Positions 22,065-36,500 of a stretch of DNA of 64,000 nt are shown here, piece by piece (the first letter of the stretch is position 1; every line of letters starts with the position of its first letter). Below the pieces are notes generated by a model. That model made no database searches, was not told where the DNA came from, and was given only the letters and a program-made list of their open reading frames with translations. The DNA comes from Owenia fusiformis (Eukaryota), in the NCBI GenBank assembly GCA_903813345.2, contig CAIIXF020000001.1:43400001-43464000 (forward strand). Reading direction: 5' to 3'. The position numbers were made by a program, and so were the translations under genes.

Positions 22065-25000
22065 ATGGCAGGGGAACAAACAACAGAGACGGTGACCGTG
22101 GTCCGGCCACTCAAGGTAAGATCATATCCACTGAATCACGACTTGGGTGTAACTTTCTAACTTTGTAAATTATTTTTGAACCGGAAGTCGGATCCATCTT
22201 TTTTAAGTCTGGTTCTCTACCTTCAAACCCTGTATATGGTTGATTCTGTTGTATAAAATGTTGTAAAAATTTGGAAAAGTAGTTTGAAATAACTGAAAAC
22301 TTATATTCCGTCGAATCAACAACACTTTGATTCTCCTATTATCACCCATATTGATTTACCTGTAAATTTATTACAGGTGTTGTTGATTTGTATTATAAAG
22401 TGTACCTTGGTCTTACTCCCCAGCTGGAGAGCTATAGAACCGAAAACAACCAAGTCGACAATCTATTAGAACCTACCCTTGAATACATTTTAATATAAAT
22501 AATTAGTTTACACCCCAAATATTGAAATACATGTAGAGTCTAGTGCACTGTCTCGCATCTGACATTGCTATGAGATATTACTTCCTTCCAACGTTTTGTA
22601 TGTATCCTAGCCTTGCATCAGTAGTTAATGCCATTCGTTTATGATTGTATTCTCACTTGCTTGCTCTATGATAAACATACCTGGTGCATCTCCAAGAGTG
22701 TTAGTTCACATTTCCATCTACATCGGTTACTGTTATGGTTTTAGTGCATAGTTTCACAAATATTTTTTCCCCATTTTACTGCAACCAACCAACCTGCCAC
22801 CTTTATATGACAATTCAAAAATTTTCCTATAAACGAATAAAGCTCAAAATTATAGATGTTTTTTAACAATGTCGGACCAGTTGGTATGAATTTCCGACAA
22901 AATAATGCAATATCTCACTTGTAAAATTGCTCACTTCATTTTCAATACAATTTTTATTCTCACAAACAATTTTTGAATAATGTTGAATTTTAATAATAAT
23001 TGTGAGTAAAAAAATTCTATTGTTCACATAGGCCAAATGTCATAAATCTCTAATTAAGTTTCTTGGCTACAGTAAAATTTTAAATGTTTGGAACTACTTT
23101 AAATTTAAAAATTAAGCAATCAAATGACTATATTGCAACAGTATATAAAAAATAGAAACATATGTACTTGTCCTAACTTTTGTATATTTCAGATAGTTAT
23201 GTATAATGTGCAGCAAAGCTGTTGCCCTTTGTAATTTAGGGAGTTTCAGCCATGTTAATTTTTTCGAAAATAACACGGCAGAGAAGCATCAAAATATAAG
23301 AGGCCACAAATATGAAGTTGAAATATACAAAAGTTATGACTTGTATAAATGTTAGTATTTTTACATATACTGTTGCAATATAGTCATTTGATTGCTTATT
23401 TTTTAAATTCAAAGCAGTTCCAAACATTTAAAATTTTACTGTAGGGATTTTGATTTTGAATATAGACGAGATCCGAGTAGAAATAATCTTGATTTACAAC
23501 AATAAATATTCAAAATTCAGTCAAAGTGATGTCATATTTGAAATCTACGTGTAAAAGTACATCTAGAAATATGGTTTCGGAACTTGTTTATCAAAATTAA
23601 AAAATTTGGGAGATTCCCCATGGACCCCATGTTATAAAATCACAAAAAGTGAAATAACTTCTTGTACTTGTAAGTATTTGCCAGATAATATTTTCTTTTA
23701 CTGGACATATTTTAATTTGCATAACCAGGAGATATAAGGGTAATATGAAAATTGAACCACTTTAAAAACTGATGAATATTTAAGTTAGAGGGAACTTTCT
23801 ACTATACCTACCATGCTGTCTGACCGGAATGGGCCACCCAGTGGTGAAGCTGGTTACTACCTACTCACATCTGAGTCATTATGTCAATCTACAATGTGTG
23901 GTGTAGATATCCACATAAAATTCTTATATTTTGAGTTCCAATCTGAGTGCTCACATTGTTGTTTTTCAACTTACCGTAATTAAGATAATCTGCTGCAAAA
24001 AGGCAATGAAACAATACTAAAATTAATTTTATAATTTGATTTATTTAGTTTTTATATCATGCTTAGCAATCATTTCTTATGCTGCATACTCAATCGGGAA
24101 TATGATAAAGCGAAGATGAGTATTAAACTTTTTGAATTGAAATAATGTCTTTTGTGAGGGATGGGGGGGGGGGGGTGACTGGGACACAAGGCTGAAAGCC
24201 CAAATTCAGCCTTTATGTCAAGGCAATTGGTTTAAGGTCTTAAGTCTGTGGTTATGAGTATCATTTGACGTGTCGCAAAAAGGTGGCGCATTTGTTTTTT
24301 AGGGGTATCGCGTGAATGTAACTTTGATTCCCCGGATTATAAAATAATATTCTAATTAAAGTTGTATATCATTTTAAAGCTGTTTCGATGAAGTTTTTAG
24401 ATCAACTACAGTCCGTTCACAATTCTTGCGCGTTCTTTTTTAAAAAAGAGTTTTTTACCAAAACATCTGGCAAATATTCCCTGTTGACACGTTACATTTT
24501 GAATTATTTTTCGTCTTTAAAACGCTCATAACTCAAACAATATATGACTTTTATACTTATTTTTCGTCTTGATAAAGGTAGATAGAAGTTTTATTTTAAA
24601 GGATGAATTTTAGTAAGCGTCCCATATTGTGACGTCATAGAGTTTGAAAAATAGAATCTGTTGACAGCGACCTTTTCTGCTCATTTTTTTGTTCCTTCAA
24701 CTTTTCAGGTGTACATTAAACAAAAAATACGAGATCAATTTTTTATAAATCATACATGATTATTTTGCTCCTAAACTCTAGTTTATTAATAAATAGTTGA
24801 TTTTGTTCGCAAAAGTATGTGTTTTCTGTTGTATGTGGAAAAGTGGAGGACGAAAGGTTTTCAAAATTCATCTAAATAGGGCTAATTTACGCCATTCGCC
24901 TATTTTGAAGCACAGCAACACGTATATTTATTTCACCTAAAATATCAATTGATTCGTGTTTTATGATGCTCCTAGCCCATTAACAATATATATATGATAT

Positions 25001-28000
25001 CAGAGTTATTCGTCTAAAATGTTTTGAGATAGAGAGGTAAATGTGGAGGACGAAAGGATTTTCATTTGTGTACATTTTTTCAAAAACGTCACATTCTACC
25101 ATGTTAAAAGCGAGGATCGTCTGGATTACGCCACAAAATGTGTAACAATGCGTGCGCGAGCTTTTTGCGATACATCTTTATGATTGGAAGTGTGATAGTG
25201 TTGATTTTATTTTACTTCATTTATTTAGATATAAACTATTCATAACAATGTCAGTCTAATACTGTATAAAATTAGCTGCATCCAGTAAAATAACCTAATT
25301 AATGTGGATCCACTTAATTTGGCTATCATGTTGTATACCATTTTCCCTTATGAAAAGTTACATGAGATTGCAAAGTTCCAAAATCAAGGGGTGTCCCTGA
25401 AAAAAGGTACAATGTATTTGAGTATGCGGGTATGGGGTAATTTATAAGCATTTGTGTAAGCATTTTAGGACCCAGTCTGGTGATCTGTCTATTTTGTCTG
25501 TTACCCATTTTTAGTGATAAAGGTGGTACCATGGTTCCTGGCCTCCATGGGACATGTGGACTGATCTCTGCCATGATGACAAATGCTAGAAATGTACAAT
25601 ACAGAAACTAAATGTGTCCTTTAAATTGCGTTCAAAATGACCAGAGATTCCCCTGAGCTTTCTAGGAGGAACAAAAAGATATATAACATGATAGGGTGGC
25701 AATGCTACATATATGATTTTGGAGGGGGTGTATACATATGAAACTATTTTTTAAAAAGCACTTATTCAAGTTATATAGAGAAACAGCACTATCACCGGGA
25801 ATTAATAAAAATGTGGCTAAAATGACAAAGTATTATCATGCAGTTATTACAAATAATTGCTTACTCCCATAAATATTTGGTTTAAAAATTAGTGCAATTT
25901 TTTTAAGGTTTCAAGTTTAAGACAGTGGCAATGATTATCCTTAATTAAATAGTGGCTGTGTAAGTGTATGTAGTTATTTGATTATGGCAAAAACTCCTTT
26001 GTAATAAAATTTAGAGAGACCCAATAAATGTATGAATGAAATAAATGTAATAATGTTTTATGTGTGGGTTGTCACTCTGGGAATATATAAAATTATAGCC
26101 ATTTACTTAGAGGCGTTTATCCTTAGCTTTACTGTAGCGGAAAAAGCGAAACTCATCAATATTCTCACCATAGAAGGCATCAACAGCAGCTATACATACA
26201 CTTAGGGGAAATAAGTACGACTCTCAGCGAAGAAAGTGGATTTATTATGTCTGCCTGCATAAGTGAAGATCGCTCACTGGTCAAACATCGGTGATAGCAA
26301 TATAACTACAAAGAAATTACAAGAAAAATACAGGGATAATTACAGTACTGTTTTAGCATTGTATTGGATTATGTTGTGAATGGATATTTATGATGGGAAG
26401 TAGGGAAAGATCCACCAAAGAGTATGTCTACTTAGGTCCTTTACGGAGATGTCAGGAGGGAGGCATGGTATGGATTTTTACTGATGAACACATGTTGCAT
26501 GCATTTTATAAATCATGGAAAATCACTTTCTGTTTGAGCATTCTGGATACAAAGTATAACAAGAAAACCCAAATCAATCACAATTTTATCTCACAGATGT
26601 GCATGATATGCAAACTACAAGGTTATTAATTCATTACAATAGCATCAATCATAATTTCTACTTAATCAGATGTAATAAATGATCTCTTTGTGCATGCAAT
26701 CTCTGGGCAACTAGGTATTCAATGAAGCATATGGCTTGCTATAATTGTTTAATGTCATAATGCAGCATTTCACATATTCTCTCTAATAAATGGATATGAA
26801 TTCTGGAACTCAACAGATTTTTCTGTTTTACAAAGAGAAAGGAACTAACAGAAGGCCATGATTGCTAATGATGATGAACAAGATATTTCAATGACTAAAG
26901 AAATATACTGGTTGTACATAATTATATTTTATTTTGAAAAATATATTAAAACATACTCATTTCTCTTATTATTGCTTATCAGGTATTATCATTTTTGTTC
27001 TATTTTGCATGTTGGGATTCCAATATCTAAACTTTTGAAAACGACATCAACTGGTCTATACCTCAATCATAATTGGTCTTAAGCAAACGACTAAATTCAT
27101 TTGAATCAGATTTTGGAATACAATAAAGTTGGTCAATAATATTAATTAATACAATAAATGTGGTCAATAGAAATAGTAATATTCATTTAGAAAGCATTTA
27201 TAATTCTTCAAAGTCCAGAAGCTAGCGAATGTTGAACCATCAAAATCCAAACACTTATCCGAATGCTTCAAGTCGCATACCTATGGCATTCAGTTTAGAC
27301 AGGTCCCTATGGCATTGGATTAGACAGGTTTTACTCTAAATTAATGTAAAGGACTTAATTCAAAATGCTAAAGTAAAACCTACACTTGGTGCAGATATGA
27401 GCCATATTGCAGAATTAAACATTGTTTTATATGAGATATTGTATAAACAAGGCCATGATGTATATTCATTTATATTCATGTAATATGTGTAGATGATACC
27501 TAATAAAAAGGAAATCATGTAAATAGTTGCATGTCTACTTCATTGGTTCAGCACCATGCACTAATCCATAATGAGTATTTTCTGTATACTCAGTCTGAAT
27601 AGGATGTATATTTTTTACTGTACAGTGCATTATAAATGAATTAATAAGTCCTCCCTGATTGACATTAAGCATGAAGGATGAAGACCAGTTGCATTGATAC
27701 ATTAATTGGTATTGAACTCTGCTCAATTGCATTAATAAAAAACATTGTTTAAAGCATCTCTCAGATGATGCTAGAATATTGAATTTTTCTTGTGTTAACG
27801 AGGTGCCAGATATTGTAAAAACCTTTTAAACAGTCTACAATATAATTCAAGAAGGGAGCAAATGTATTTATCTATTACAAAAATTGTTCTATATTTTATA
27901 TCTGTACAATTATTAACAACTAACTTCTTTAACATTGGGAATTTAACATTCAGAGTATAAGAAAATAAGGATTTTTTTAGATGCTCATCTGCTTTTGCCT

Positions 28001-31000
28001 GTCGAAGCTTTCACTTTGCCTCCATTTGTTTTGTTCCATCCTCCGCACCATCTGAAAAAGCCAAAAGCAACTGCATGTACTGTGCAACAAAAAATTAGAT
28101 ATTGTATTAACTCACTGAAGTATTAGCACATTTCAAAGAGCAATTTAACTGGTGAGAAGCACATTGTTGTATAATTATTCTCCCAAAGGAGACTCAGTCC
28201 TATGCCATCCTCTCAGTATTTACATTTTCTCCCTTATCTCCTTTTACAAGTACAAGCCCCCACTCCCTCCTTTTCATTCTTCCATCTTATTTTCCATCGA
28301 ACATCATCCTCTTACCCGGTCCCCATGTATCCCCACCTAGTTATGTCACCACTTTTATATTATCACCACAATTATATTGTTATGGTCTCAGTTTTTTTCA
28401 AAATCATCTACAAGTTTTCAGAAATTCAAATCTGACTTAAGATTGAACTAATAATATTGAGAGCAACTAGGTGGTGACATTTTGTCATGTTAATGCCTTG
28501 TTATTAATTACTAAGGTATGCTTTTCTTGTTCTCCAGGTGATGGCCCTTGTCTGTGGGATCATCTCCATCCTTCTCATCATCATCAGCATTGCCAGCACA
28601 GAATGGTTGACAGCTGACGGCAATTACCGTCAAGGGCTGTGGCAAGATTGTCAAGATGGAAGAGAACCAGTTTGCCAAAATAATCCAGCAAAAGGTAATT
28701 ACGAGGGTTGATCCAAAAGTTCTCCACCGTTTTATCTAAAAAAATTATTTCTTGGTGGATTTTGTTCATACTTGGTCATTGGTCATTTTAACTGCATAGA
28801 GATTAGAGTTGCACAGCATCATTGCATGTCCTAGATTTCTAGATGGCGTATTGACATTTAAATCATTTATAAGATTATTCGTCTAAAATGTTTTGTGATA
28901 GTATCTTGTTTCACTCTGCTCCCTCAGGGGTGGACATAGTAAGGACTTAGCTTGTGAAGATTTTTATATGTAAGTCCATAGTGAATATGATATTTCAAAA
29001 CTCATTGTTTTGTGAGGCCTTCATTTCTATGTGATTTGGACAAACAAATCATTAATACCTTGTGATTTATCTGCAAAATAACATATCTATGAGAAAAACA
29101 CTTCTGTAAATATTAGTTTAATAATTTTATCAGGCTCTGCTCTTTTCACAGGGCAAATCAATCATTACATATGGGAGCTATGGGCATTCCCATAAAGAAA
29201 GTACATTATTTAATGGTGTAAAGGAAATGCATAAAGTACAATGTGATGATTTATGAATCGTAATTTAGAATATTTCTCTCAAATTAGGCACTGCTTTTAA
29301 GTAATTTAAAGTGGTCTATGTTTGCTGTACTGAGAGATTAACATGTTTTTTTTATTAACATGTTTTTTATGTCACCACCACAACTGGTGATATATTGTTA
29401 TGGTCTCCAATTTTCATAATTATCTGTATAGAATAACATCAGACATGTTTTTGATTATAAATTGTACCTATTATTGATTCCACTCACAAAACTCTCTAAT
29501 ATCAACATTGTCTCTCCCAGGGCTGGATCAATAGATTCCAGGATGTTGATGAGCTTAGTGGCTATTTAATGTCAAAATGTTTTATGCATCAAAACAAAAG
29601 AAGCTAAATTAGGAATGTTTTATTTCTTTACCATGGCTCTGGAGACTGTTCATCTTTTTAGAATCTTAGATCAGGAGACCTTCAAGATCTGCATAACCTT
29701 TTTCGAACTTATTTTGGGCATAACGAGAGAAATAAAAATATTCTAATTGGCATGAGATGAATAAAAGTTCCTTGTGTACTGAACTTATATATTTGAAAAT
29801 ATATAATTGGAGTTTGACAATGCCAAGTTTCAGAAATTAATATTTTGTTCAGGGTGAAAGATTGGGTCAACAAAAATATACATGTAATTGTTATGTCACC
29901 ACCACAAGTGGTGACATATTGTTATAGTCTCTGACTTTTTTCTGGATAAAATTCGGAGGTTGGCATTCAGTGTCTTTAACAAATGGCAGGTGGTGGCATT
30001 TTGCATGTTTAGTGCCCTGTTTACTTTCCAATAGCATTGTGAATTTGACAAAAAGTCCAATAAAAGATATATACATTGTACATCAATATTCATAAAGTAA
30101 AACCATCTAAGTAAAAATCATCTTATTTTTACTTAATTATCAGATGGATTAGGAGGTAGGACCAATCTCCATGAATTACTAGTATTATGTGGTTATTTTT
30201 GCATTTACATATACCAGCTTCAGCTACATGTATCTTTTTATTTCATTTTACTTGTATACTCATTGTTGAGATATATTTTATATTATTATATCACTGTCAT
30301 GTTTCTCACTCTCTGATTGGTCTATGTTCTATACATGACTAAAAAATTTTCACACCAATACTCAAAGGAGGTTGTGTGACTTCCATTGAATATCAAATGA
30401 TATTCATCAGTCACGACTTAGTCCAGTATAATTTTAATTCTAGATATCCCCTGGAGTATATTGATAGTATTCAATTAGACATCAATAATTTGTTATTCCA
30501 TTAATGTGAGTGAATAATAAAACAAATATCTAATTCTATTTTCGGTGAATACCTGTGACACTTTCACAAGATGATATTCCACTAGCCTCTCGGGCTTTGT
30601 GAAATATCACTCGTGAAAGATGCACAGGTATTCACTTCAATAAAATTAAACTTTTATTTAATATCATCGCAGACTTAAATGGATATACTGAAAGCCTATC
30701 TCAGCTTCAGAAATGCATGCTATCATCACATTTTTGGCATGGCTTGAATAATACCATAAAATGGTGAAATTCAGCAAACTTGTGATTTTGACAAACTTTT
30801 TAAAAGTAGAGATTTTTTCAATTTTAGTATTTAGTTTTCAACAGTGGTATGTAAACCAGCTTTTTAGGCAGTGGGAGTTTCTTGTTCATTTCTAAAGTCA
30901 GTGATATCACATTTTCTGAATTTCCTTGACATTGAATATCTGTCAAAAACCTGTGAAAAATATTTACCTGTTGACTGTTAAACCTAATACAAAAGTGTTA

Positions 31001-33556
31001 TTTCATGTAAAATATTTTTTTGCATGTTAAAATCTTTAATCTTAGTCTTGCATCAAGCCCCTGTATTCCCTAAGGTCTATCTTTATACAATTGTTAAGTG
31101 GTTTCTGTATGTTTTTTCACTCATGAACTTTGTGTTACAATAATACCAAATGTCTTATATTAGTTGAAAGTTGAATCAGTTTCATAGCAGGTAAACAGTG
31201 AAGCTACTTGTACGTGTAATCCAACTTTAAAATGAGAGTTCTCTCTATTCTTTATGTCACCACCACACAAAGTGGCATATTGTTAGAGTCCCAGACAGTG
31301 CACAGCATCTGTATCAAATGGCAGCTGGTGATATTTTGCATTTTAATGCTTTCCTTATGTGAATATTAAAGCAATTTGCTAGTTGTATGTGGATTCATGT
31401 AGCATATTTTTATTTTTTAATTTATTTGATTCTACAATTGAACCACATTATTCTCGATAGTGCTATTTTAAGGTTCAAGTATAAATTCATATGTTTATAA
31501 AAAATGTCTTTATCTGCCCATATTATGTTTGAGTTGATGAGTGTATTATATTAGCCCATTTTTCTGAAAAGTGTTTTGTTGCATCCAATTTTAGACAAAT
31601 TAATATGAACTGTGGGTAATACTTTGTTGATGAAAAACTTAATAACATGCAATTTTGAATGTTTTTTCTGGAGTTATCATGTATTGGCCTCTTACCAGAT
31701 CTACTGAAATTAACCAATGCAAGGATGCTTTCCCAAAAATTAAAGAATTTAAACCCATGTCTTCATACTTTATTTTTGAAACAGAAAATACATGGGCAGT
31801 TAAGGAATTGTTGTGATCAATCTTAGTAAAGGACTTATATACTACTTGCAACATTCTTTGTCATTATTTTTTACTGTGTAGAAGGGTAGGGAATTGTGCA
31901 GCCTATATTTTTCATTATGGATTTTAATTGGTGATGTCCAGCCTCTGAGCTGATGCCAGTATTAGCTGCTGTGTCAGGGATGTAATTCCACTGTTCCCCA
32001 TCCTTGTGTTATTTAACGAGAGCAATGTAATGTTAGTTAGTGCCATATACCATATAACCATGCAAGAATGGTAATTTACACTTTTTTCAGGAAACCCGGC
32101 CGGGCTACTATTTCAGTTACGTGATTGTAAATTGCATCAAATTAACATTGTACATTTTCCTTGTTTCTAGCATGGATCCAAGCATGTGCTGCTCTGTGTA
32201 TCATCACTCTGATCTTTGCCACTGGCGCCACAATCCTCACAGTCTTTGGGCTGCTTTCAAAGAACTCTGTATGGAAATTCAGGTTCTATAGGATCGCTAT
32301 GATTATCATGTTCTTCTGTGGTAAGTCATATTCATATATATTATGTATATTGTCATGTACATGTATTATATATATTGTCATATTTGTTGTATCTGTATAT
32401 ATTGTTAACCAGAAGTAACAGAAACCATATTTCCTATAGTTCATGTACATTCAGATCTGCATACCCTATATTCAGATACATCTAGATAAATGCATGTTCA
32501 TTATTGAATTTCTGTAATGTGAAATGGTATAATAGAAGTTTACATGTACCATAAATATTACCACATCAGCATTTTACTTCTCAAGCTATTCTTTGTTACG
32601 AGAAAGTCTTCGGGCTTATTACTTATAAGCTCAGCACAACAACCCTGCAAAATTTTAAATTGCTACCACAACATTATGGTTTCTTAAGATTAAGGGAAAC
32701 CCATTTTTAAAGCTGAAAATAGGTTCAAATGTATGATGCCGTCATCCATTTTCATCACAGAGGTCATTAATTTTATAGTTGTTGTTTGAATAAATCATGA
32801 TGAAAAATTCTGTAATTGGACAAAACAGCTAATCTCACATGGAATTGCCAGTATCACATCATAAACAATTCCATTGATTTAGAAAGGTCAACATGTGTGG
32901 ATTGATTGATATTAAGTAAAACTCAAGAGACAAAGTAATGGTTGAAGATCATCATTTACTGTCATCAATTTTCAAAGAATATTTCGAAAAGGTTGAACTG
33001 ACACTTTTCATTGATGCAAATTAAGTGAATCTGTATTGATTCAACATCACATATCTGCTTTATGTATGGCATCCTTTAGTAGACAAATTATGTGTAGCAA
33101 TTTGTGTCTGATATCAAGCCAGGTATTGGGGATCTATTCAATCTTTGCACATGCCCAAGGAATCCATCATCTTGGTATTGAGATTTGCCTCAACATGTAC
33201 AGATACTGAGATATTTATTCTTTTAATGAGATTTTGTGCACTATATGGCAAGTGTTGGTAAAATGATATTCAGAAACTAGATTTCTCCCATTTGTTGTGT
33301 TAGTTTAGTTCATATCATATTCGTTTTATTTTCAGTGTTGTGCCAAGTGATATCCCTTATTGTGTTCCCTGCTATGTTCATGCAAGAAATCCAGTCATTG
33401 GGAAAGAGCCAGTGGATGTTTGGCTGGTCCTACGGTGTCGGCTGGGGTGCAGCAATTTTCCTATTCGGAGGTGCAATCTTACTGCTAATGGATAAAGAGA
33501 GTGAGGAAATTTACTATCGCGAGAAAACATATTATGACAACCAGACTGATGCATGA
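22065..33556 (+). CDS. TMEM47: TMEM47/vab-9-like claudin/PMP22-superfamily tetraspan protein, 192 aa, 4 exons
   Basis: Exons 22065-22115 (MAGEQTTETVTVVRPLK), 28538-28694 (VMALVCG...STEWLTADGNYRQGLWQDC...C), 32171-32320 (WIQACAALC...) and 33336-33556 (...WMFGWSYGVGWGA...TGA). The exons total 579 nt in frame and contain the claudin W-GLW-C-C motif and four TM segments. Confidence 0.88.
23070..23441. mobile_element. Tc1/mariner-type MITE
   Basis: TIRs of ~75 bp or more, CAGTAAAATTTTAAATGTTTGGAACT...GACTATATTGCAACAGTATA, with TA on both flanks. Confidence 0.9.
23469..23872. mobile_element. ~400-bp dispersed repeat/MITE, copy 2
   Basis: Homologous to 13545-13960. Ends AGATCCGAGTAG and CTACTCACATCT. 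Confidence 0.75.
24267..25176. mobile_element. 910-bp TIR element, superfamily unassigned
   Basis: TIRs GACGTGTCGCAAAAAG and CTTTTTGCGATACATC. Richer in CpG than its flanks. Internal direct repeat GTGGAGGACGAAAGG.TTTTCA at ~24843 and ~25043. Confidence 0.7.
29891..30015 (+). repeat. Short dispersed repeat, Helentron/DINE-1-like non-autonomous element (representative copy)
   Basis: TTATGTCACCACCACAAGTGGTGACATATTGTT...AAATGGCAGGTGGTGGCATTTTGCATGTTT. Related copies lie at ~28341-28490, 29367-29410, 31252-31345 and, inverted, at 43474-43565. A GTCY-type microsatellite occurs at 52783-52830. Confidence 0.55.
30545..30635. repeat. Long imperfect palindrome (hairpin-type element end)
   Basis: GTGAATACCTGTG..CTTTCAC.AG.TGATATT pairs with AATATCACTCGTGAAAG..CACAGGTATTCAC. 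Confidence 0.75.
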
Positions 33557-36500
33557 AGCATTATGGGTAATGGACGTATCTCAAAATGATGATCTTGTGA
33601 CTGAATCAAAACGCACTGTTTGAATGAGGATTATTTTTGCAAAGATTTGCAACAGATGCCAGCTATGATGATTAGGACAATAATGGTATAAATCTGCTAC
33701 AAGGTGGTTTTAAATGGAGAAAGAATTAAAATACAAATTATTATTTAACTGCTATTTTGAAATTATTGAGTCATTTGCCTTAAAAACTGCAAGTTTTAGT
33801 TAAATATTATATAAGATCCAATATTTTAAAGTCCCTATATAGTACATGTACTTAGATCATGTATTTTGTGCATATTTACGCATATCAGCATTTTGTGGAG
33901 GTAGATGGCTTTCTGCTTTAGCATTAATGTATTTAATCAAATAATTATGTACATGTGTAGAATTTTAATTATATTTATATTGCACTGTATATATTTACAT
34001 TGCACTGTAGATGCCTTTGAAGCACATTGGTAAAACTGTACATAGTTGTATTATAGGATATACATGTACTGAAGCTAATCTTTCCGACATTATTTTGTTT
34101 TTCAAAAACACACTTTTCTGCTTTTTCTGAAGGTATCTTTGTATTTTAAAGGAAGGGAAGGGTAACCCAAAGTGAAGTTAATTTGAAATTTCTGGTAAAC
34201 ATACAATAACAAAAATGTTTTGATATTGTTGATGTAGTCTTCATACATTTCTCTAGTCAAATTGTACAGTAAACAGTACAGAATTCTAAAGATAATTTCT
34301 GATAACTGTTCATCAAAAGACGTGTCATCATTGTAAAACAATGATATGAACCATGACTAGAACTTGCCAACATATATCATAGGACAGGTATATATTGTAT
34401 ACATGTACTGTACACGCATCTTCCTTAGCTCATATTCAAGTGAGACACTCATGTTTGAAGATGCAATCTTTAACAGTAGGCGGAATGAAAAGTGCATCAG
34501 TTTCCTTTGTTGCCACTAAATTCTCTTGAAACATTTGTTTAGTTAGCCAATCATGAAAGAGGACCAAACTTGATAAAAGCTAAAAATTAAATTAAGGTAG
34601 GTCCTGTAGAATAAGTTATCTATTAAATGAACAAAGGTCATCCTAATAATAACTAGAAGCTTTTAGAAATACTGAATATTAGATACGCTGTATAATAGCA
34701 CAATTAATCTATACTTATATATTGTACACTTATATTACGCTTTTTGTACTTCGCTATATATTATATACACTTAGCATTATAACATTCACAAGGGAATCAA
34801 TTTTTAGAGCATTTTGCATTATTCCCTCAATATTTCACATATCATTGATCTTTAAAAACACTGTGAGTTTTATGTAGGATTTGGTACATGTATAAAGGGC
34901 ATAATGACTTGACTGTAGGTGGACTTGAGTGTTCTTTAGTAGACTTTGGAGTGTAACTTATGTTATTAAGAGTATCCAATTTTTAAAAATATGTTCAATT
35001 CACTTTTTCAAGTGTGCAAGGTGTAAATGTTGCATTCCTCTGTGACCTTTCAATATTCTTACCACTCACTCTACAGTGGTTTATTTTGTCAATCATGTAA
35101 AGAAATCCATTCGGGAGAATCGCACGTTTACCTTTGGTGTCTGCCATCATGTTCACCAAATGGTTTGTTACCTTATAGTTTCAATGAACAAAATACCAAT
35201 TGTTGTTTATATGACTTTATTGTATTTTATGTTATATCACGAAATAATGACTTACATTAGAGTACAATTGTACTCTTATCCATGACTCAGACACAATGTG
35301 CCCATTTCGAAACTTAAATATTGTTGTTAATTAACAAAATTGTGTACAAATTGTAAATTAATGTCATATGATTACCATATATTGTAATAATAATAATTAT
35401 AAACATAATTGTTACTGTATCCACAGTTATTTTATACAAAAATAAAAAATATACAATTGAACATACCATAAAAGGCTGGTTTGTTGGATGAGTCTTATCT
35501 ATAAGGAAAATAAACTTACTCAAAATGGGCTTATAATAAGGCAATTTATACAAAAACACTGTTGAACAACACTGGCACAGAACTTATTATGGAAGCGCAA
35601 AATCAAGCAAACAAAACTGCAGTTCACCATTCTTTACTGTATAGCCCTGTATACAAGCCAGAAACCACATACAAATCTGTATATTTAATCATCACAGGCA
35701 CTAAGCTATCACTTGATGAAATGCTTGATATTTCTGACTTGATGCAGAACTATATAGGCTTTTCCTGTGATATAAAATAGCACCGTCTTATGCTACTACC
35801 TCAATTGTATTTCTAGCATTATTATCAGTAAAACAAGATTACACTGTAAGAACACACTGTTGAACCGAATACTGTACACTGCTTGGAAAACCATGCATCA
35901 TTGTGAAACAGGATCCTTAACTTTCCTTCAGAAATCTGAGATAATCACCTTGGTTCTGTCAAGTAAACTCCGGATTGATTAAATAAATTAATTGTAAAGT
36001 CTGATTGTTAATCGCATACAGAAATACAGATTCAAAACACTACCCTGACCCGTTTTCAATCTTGATATAACATTTTTCCCACTTATAGGGTATTTATAGC
36101 ATTTCTAGAAGCACCAACAAACCAGCAGTGAATCTGAACTGTAACTGAGTTTAATGAAACTACAAGATTGGTTGTTAAGTGCATATTGTTTCAGGTTACA
36201 GTGTTAACCACAAGAAAACACAGTTCACCTCATTTAGAAACATGTCACTGGTGCATTACTAGTATATCTAGTTGGCCATGCTGAAGTTGTTTACCAAAAT
36301 ATCAAGACATTTTGACACAATCTCCAGTTTTATTAATTGGTCATCAAAACAGAAAATGATGTGAATTGCCAGGAAACACCAGCCACTTGGTAGAAATAAG
36401 AAATAGAAAATGAAGTTTTGTTTATTTAAAATGACAAATTGTATTGAAATTAGTGGAATTAACTAGAAACCAGACCCATACATTAAATTGAATTGTACAT

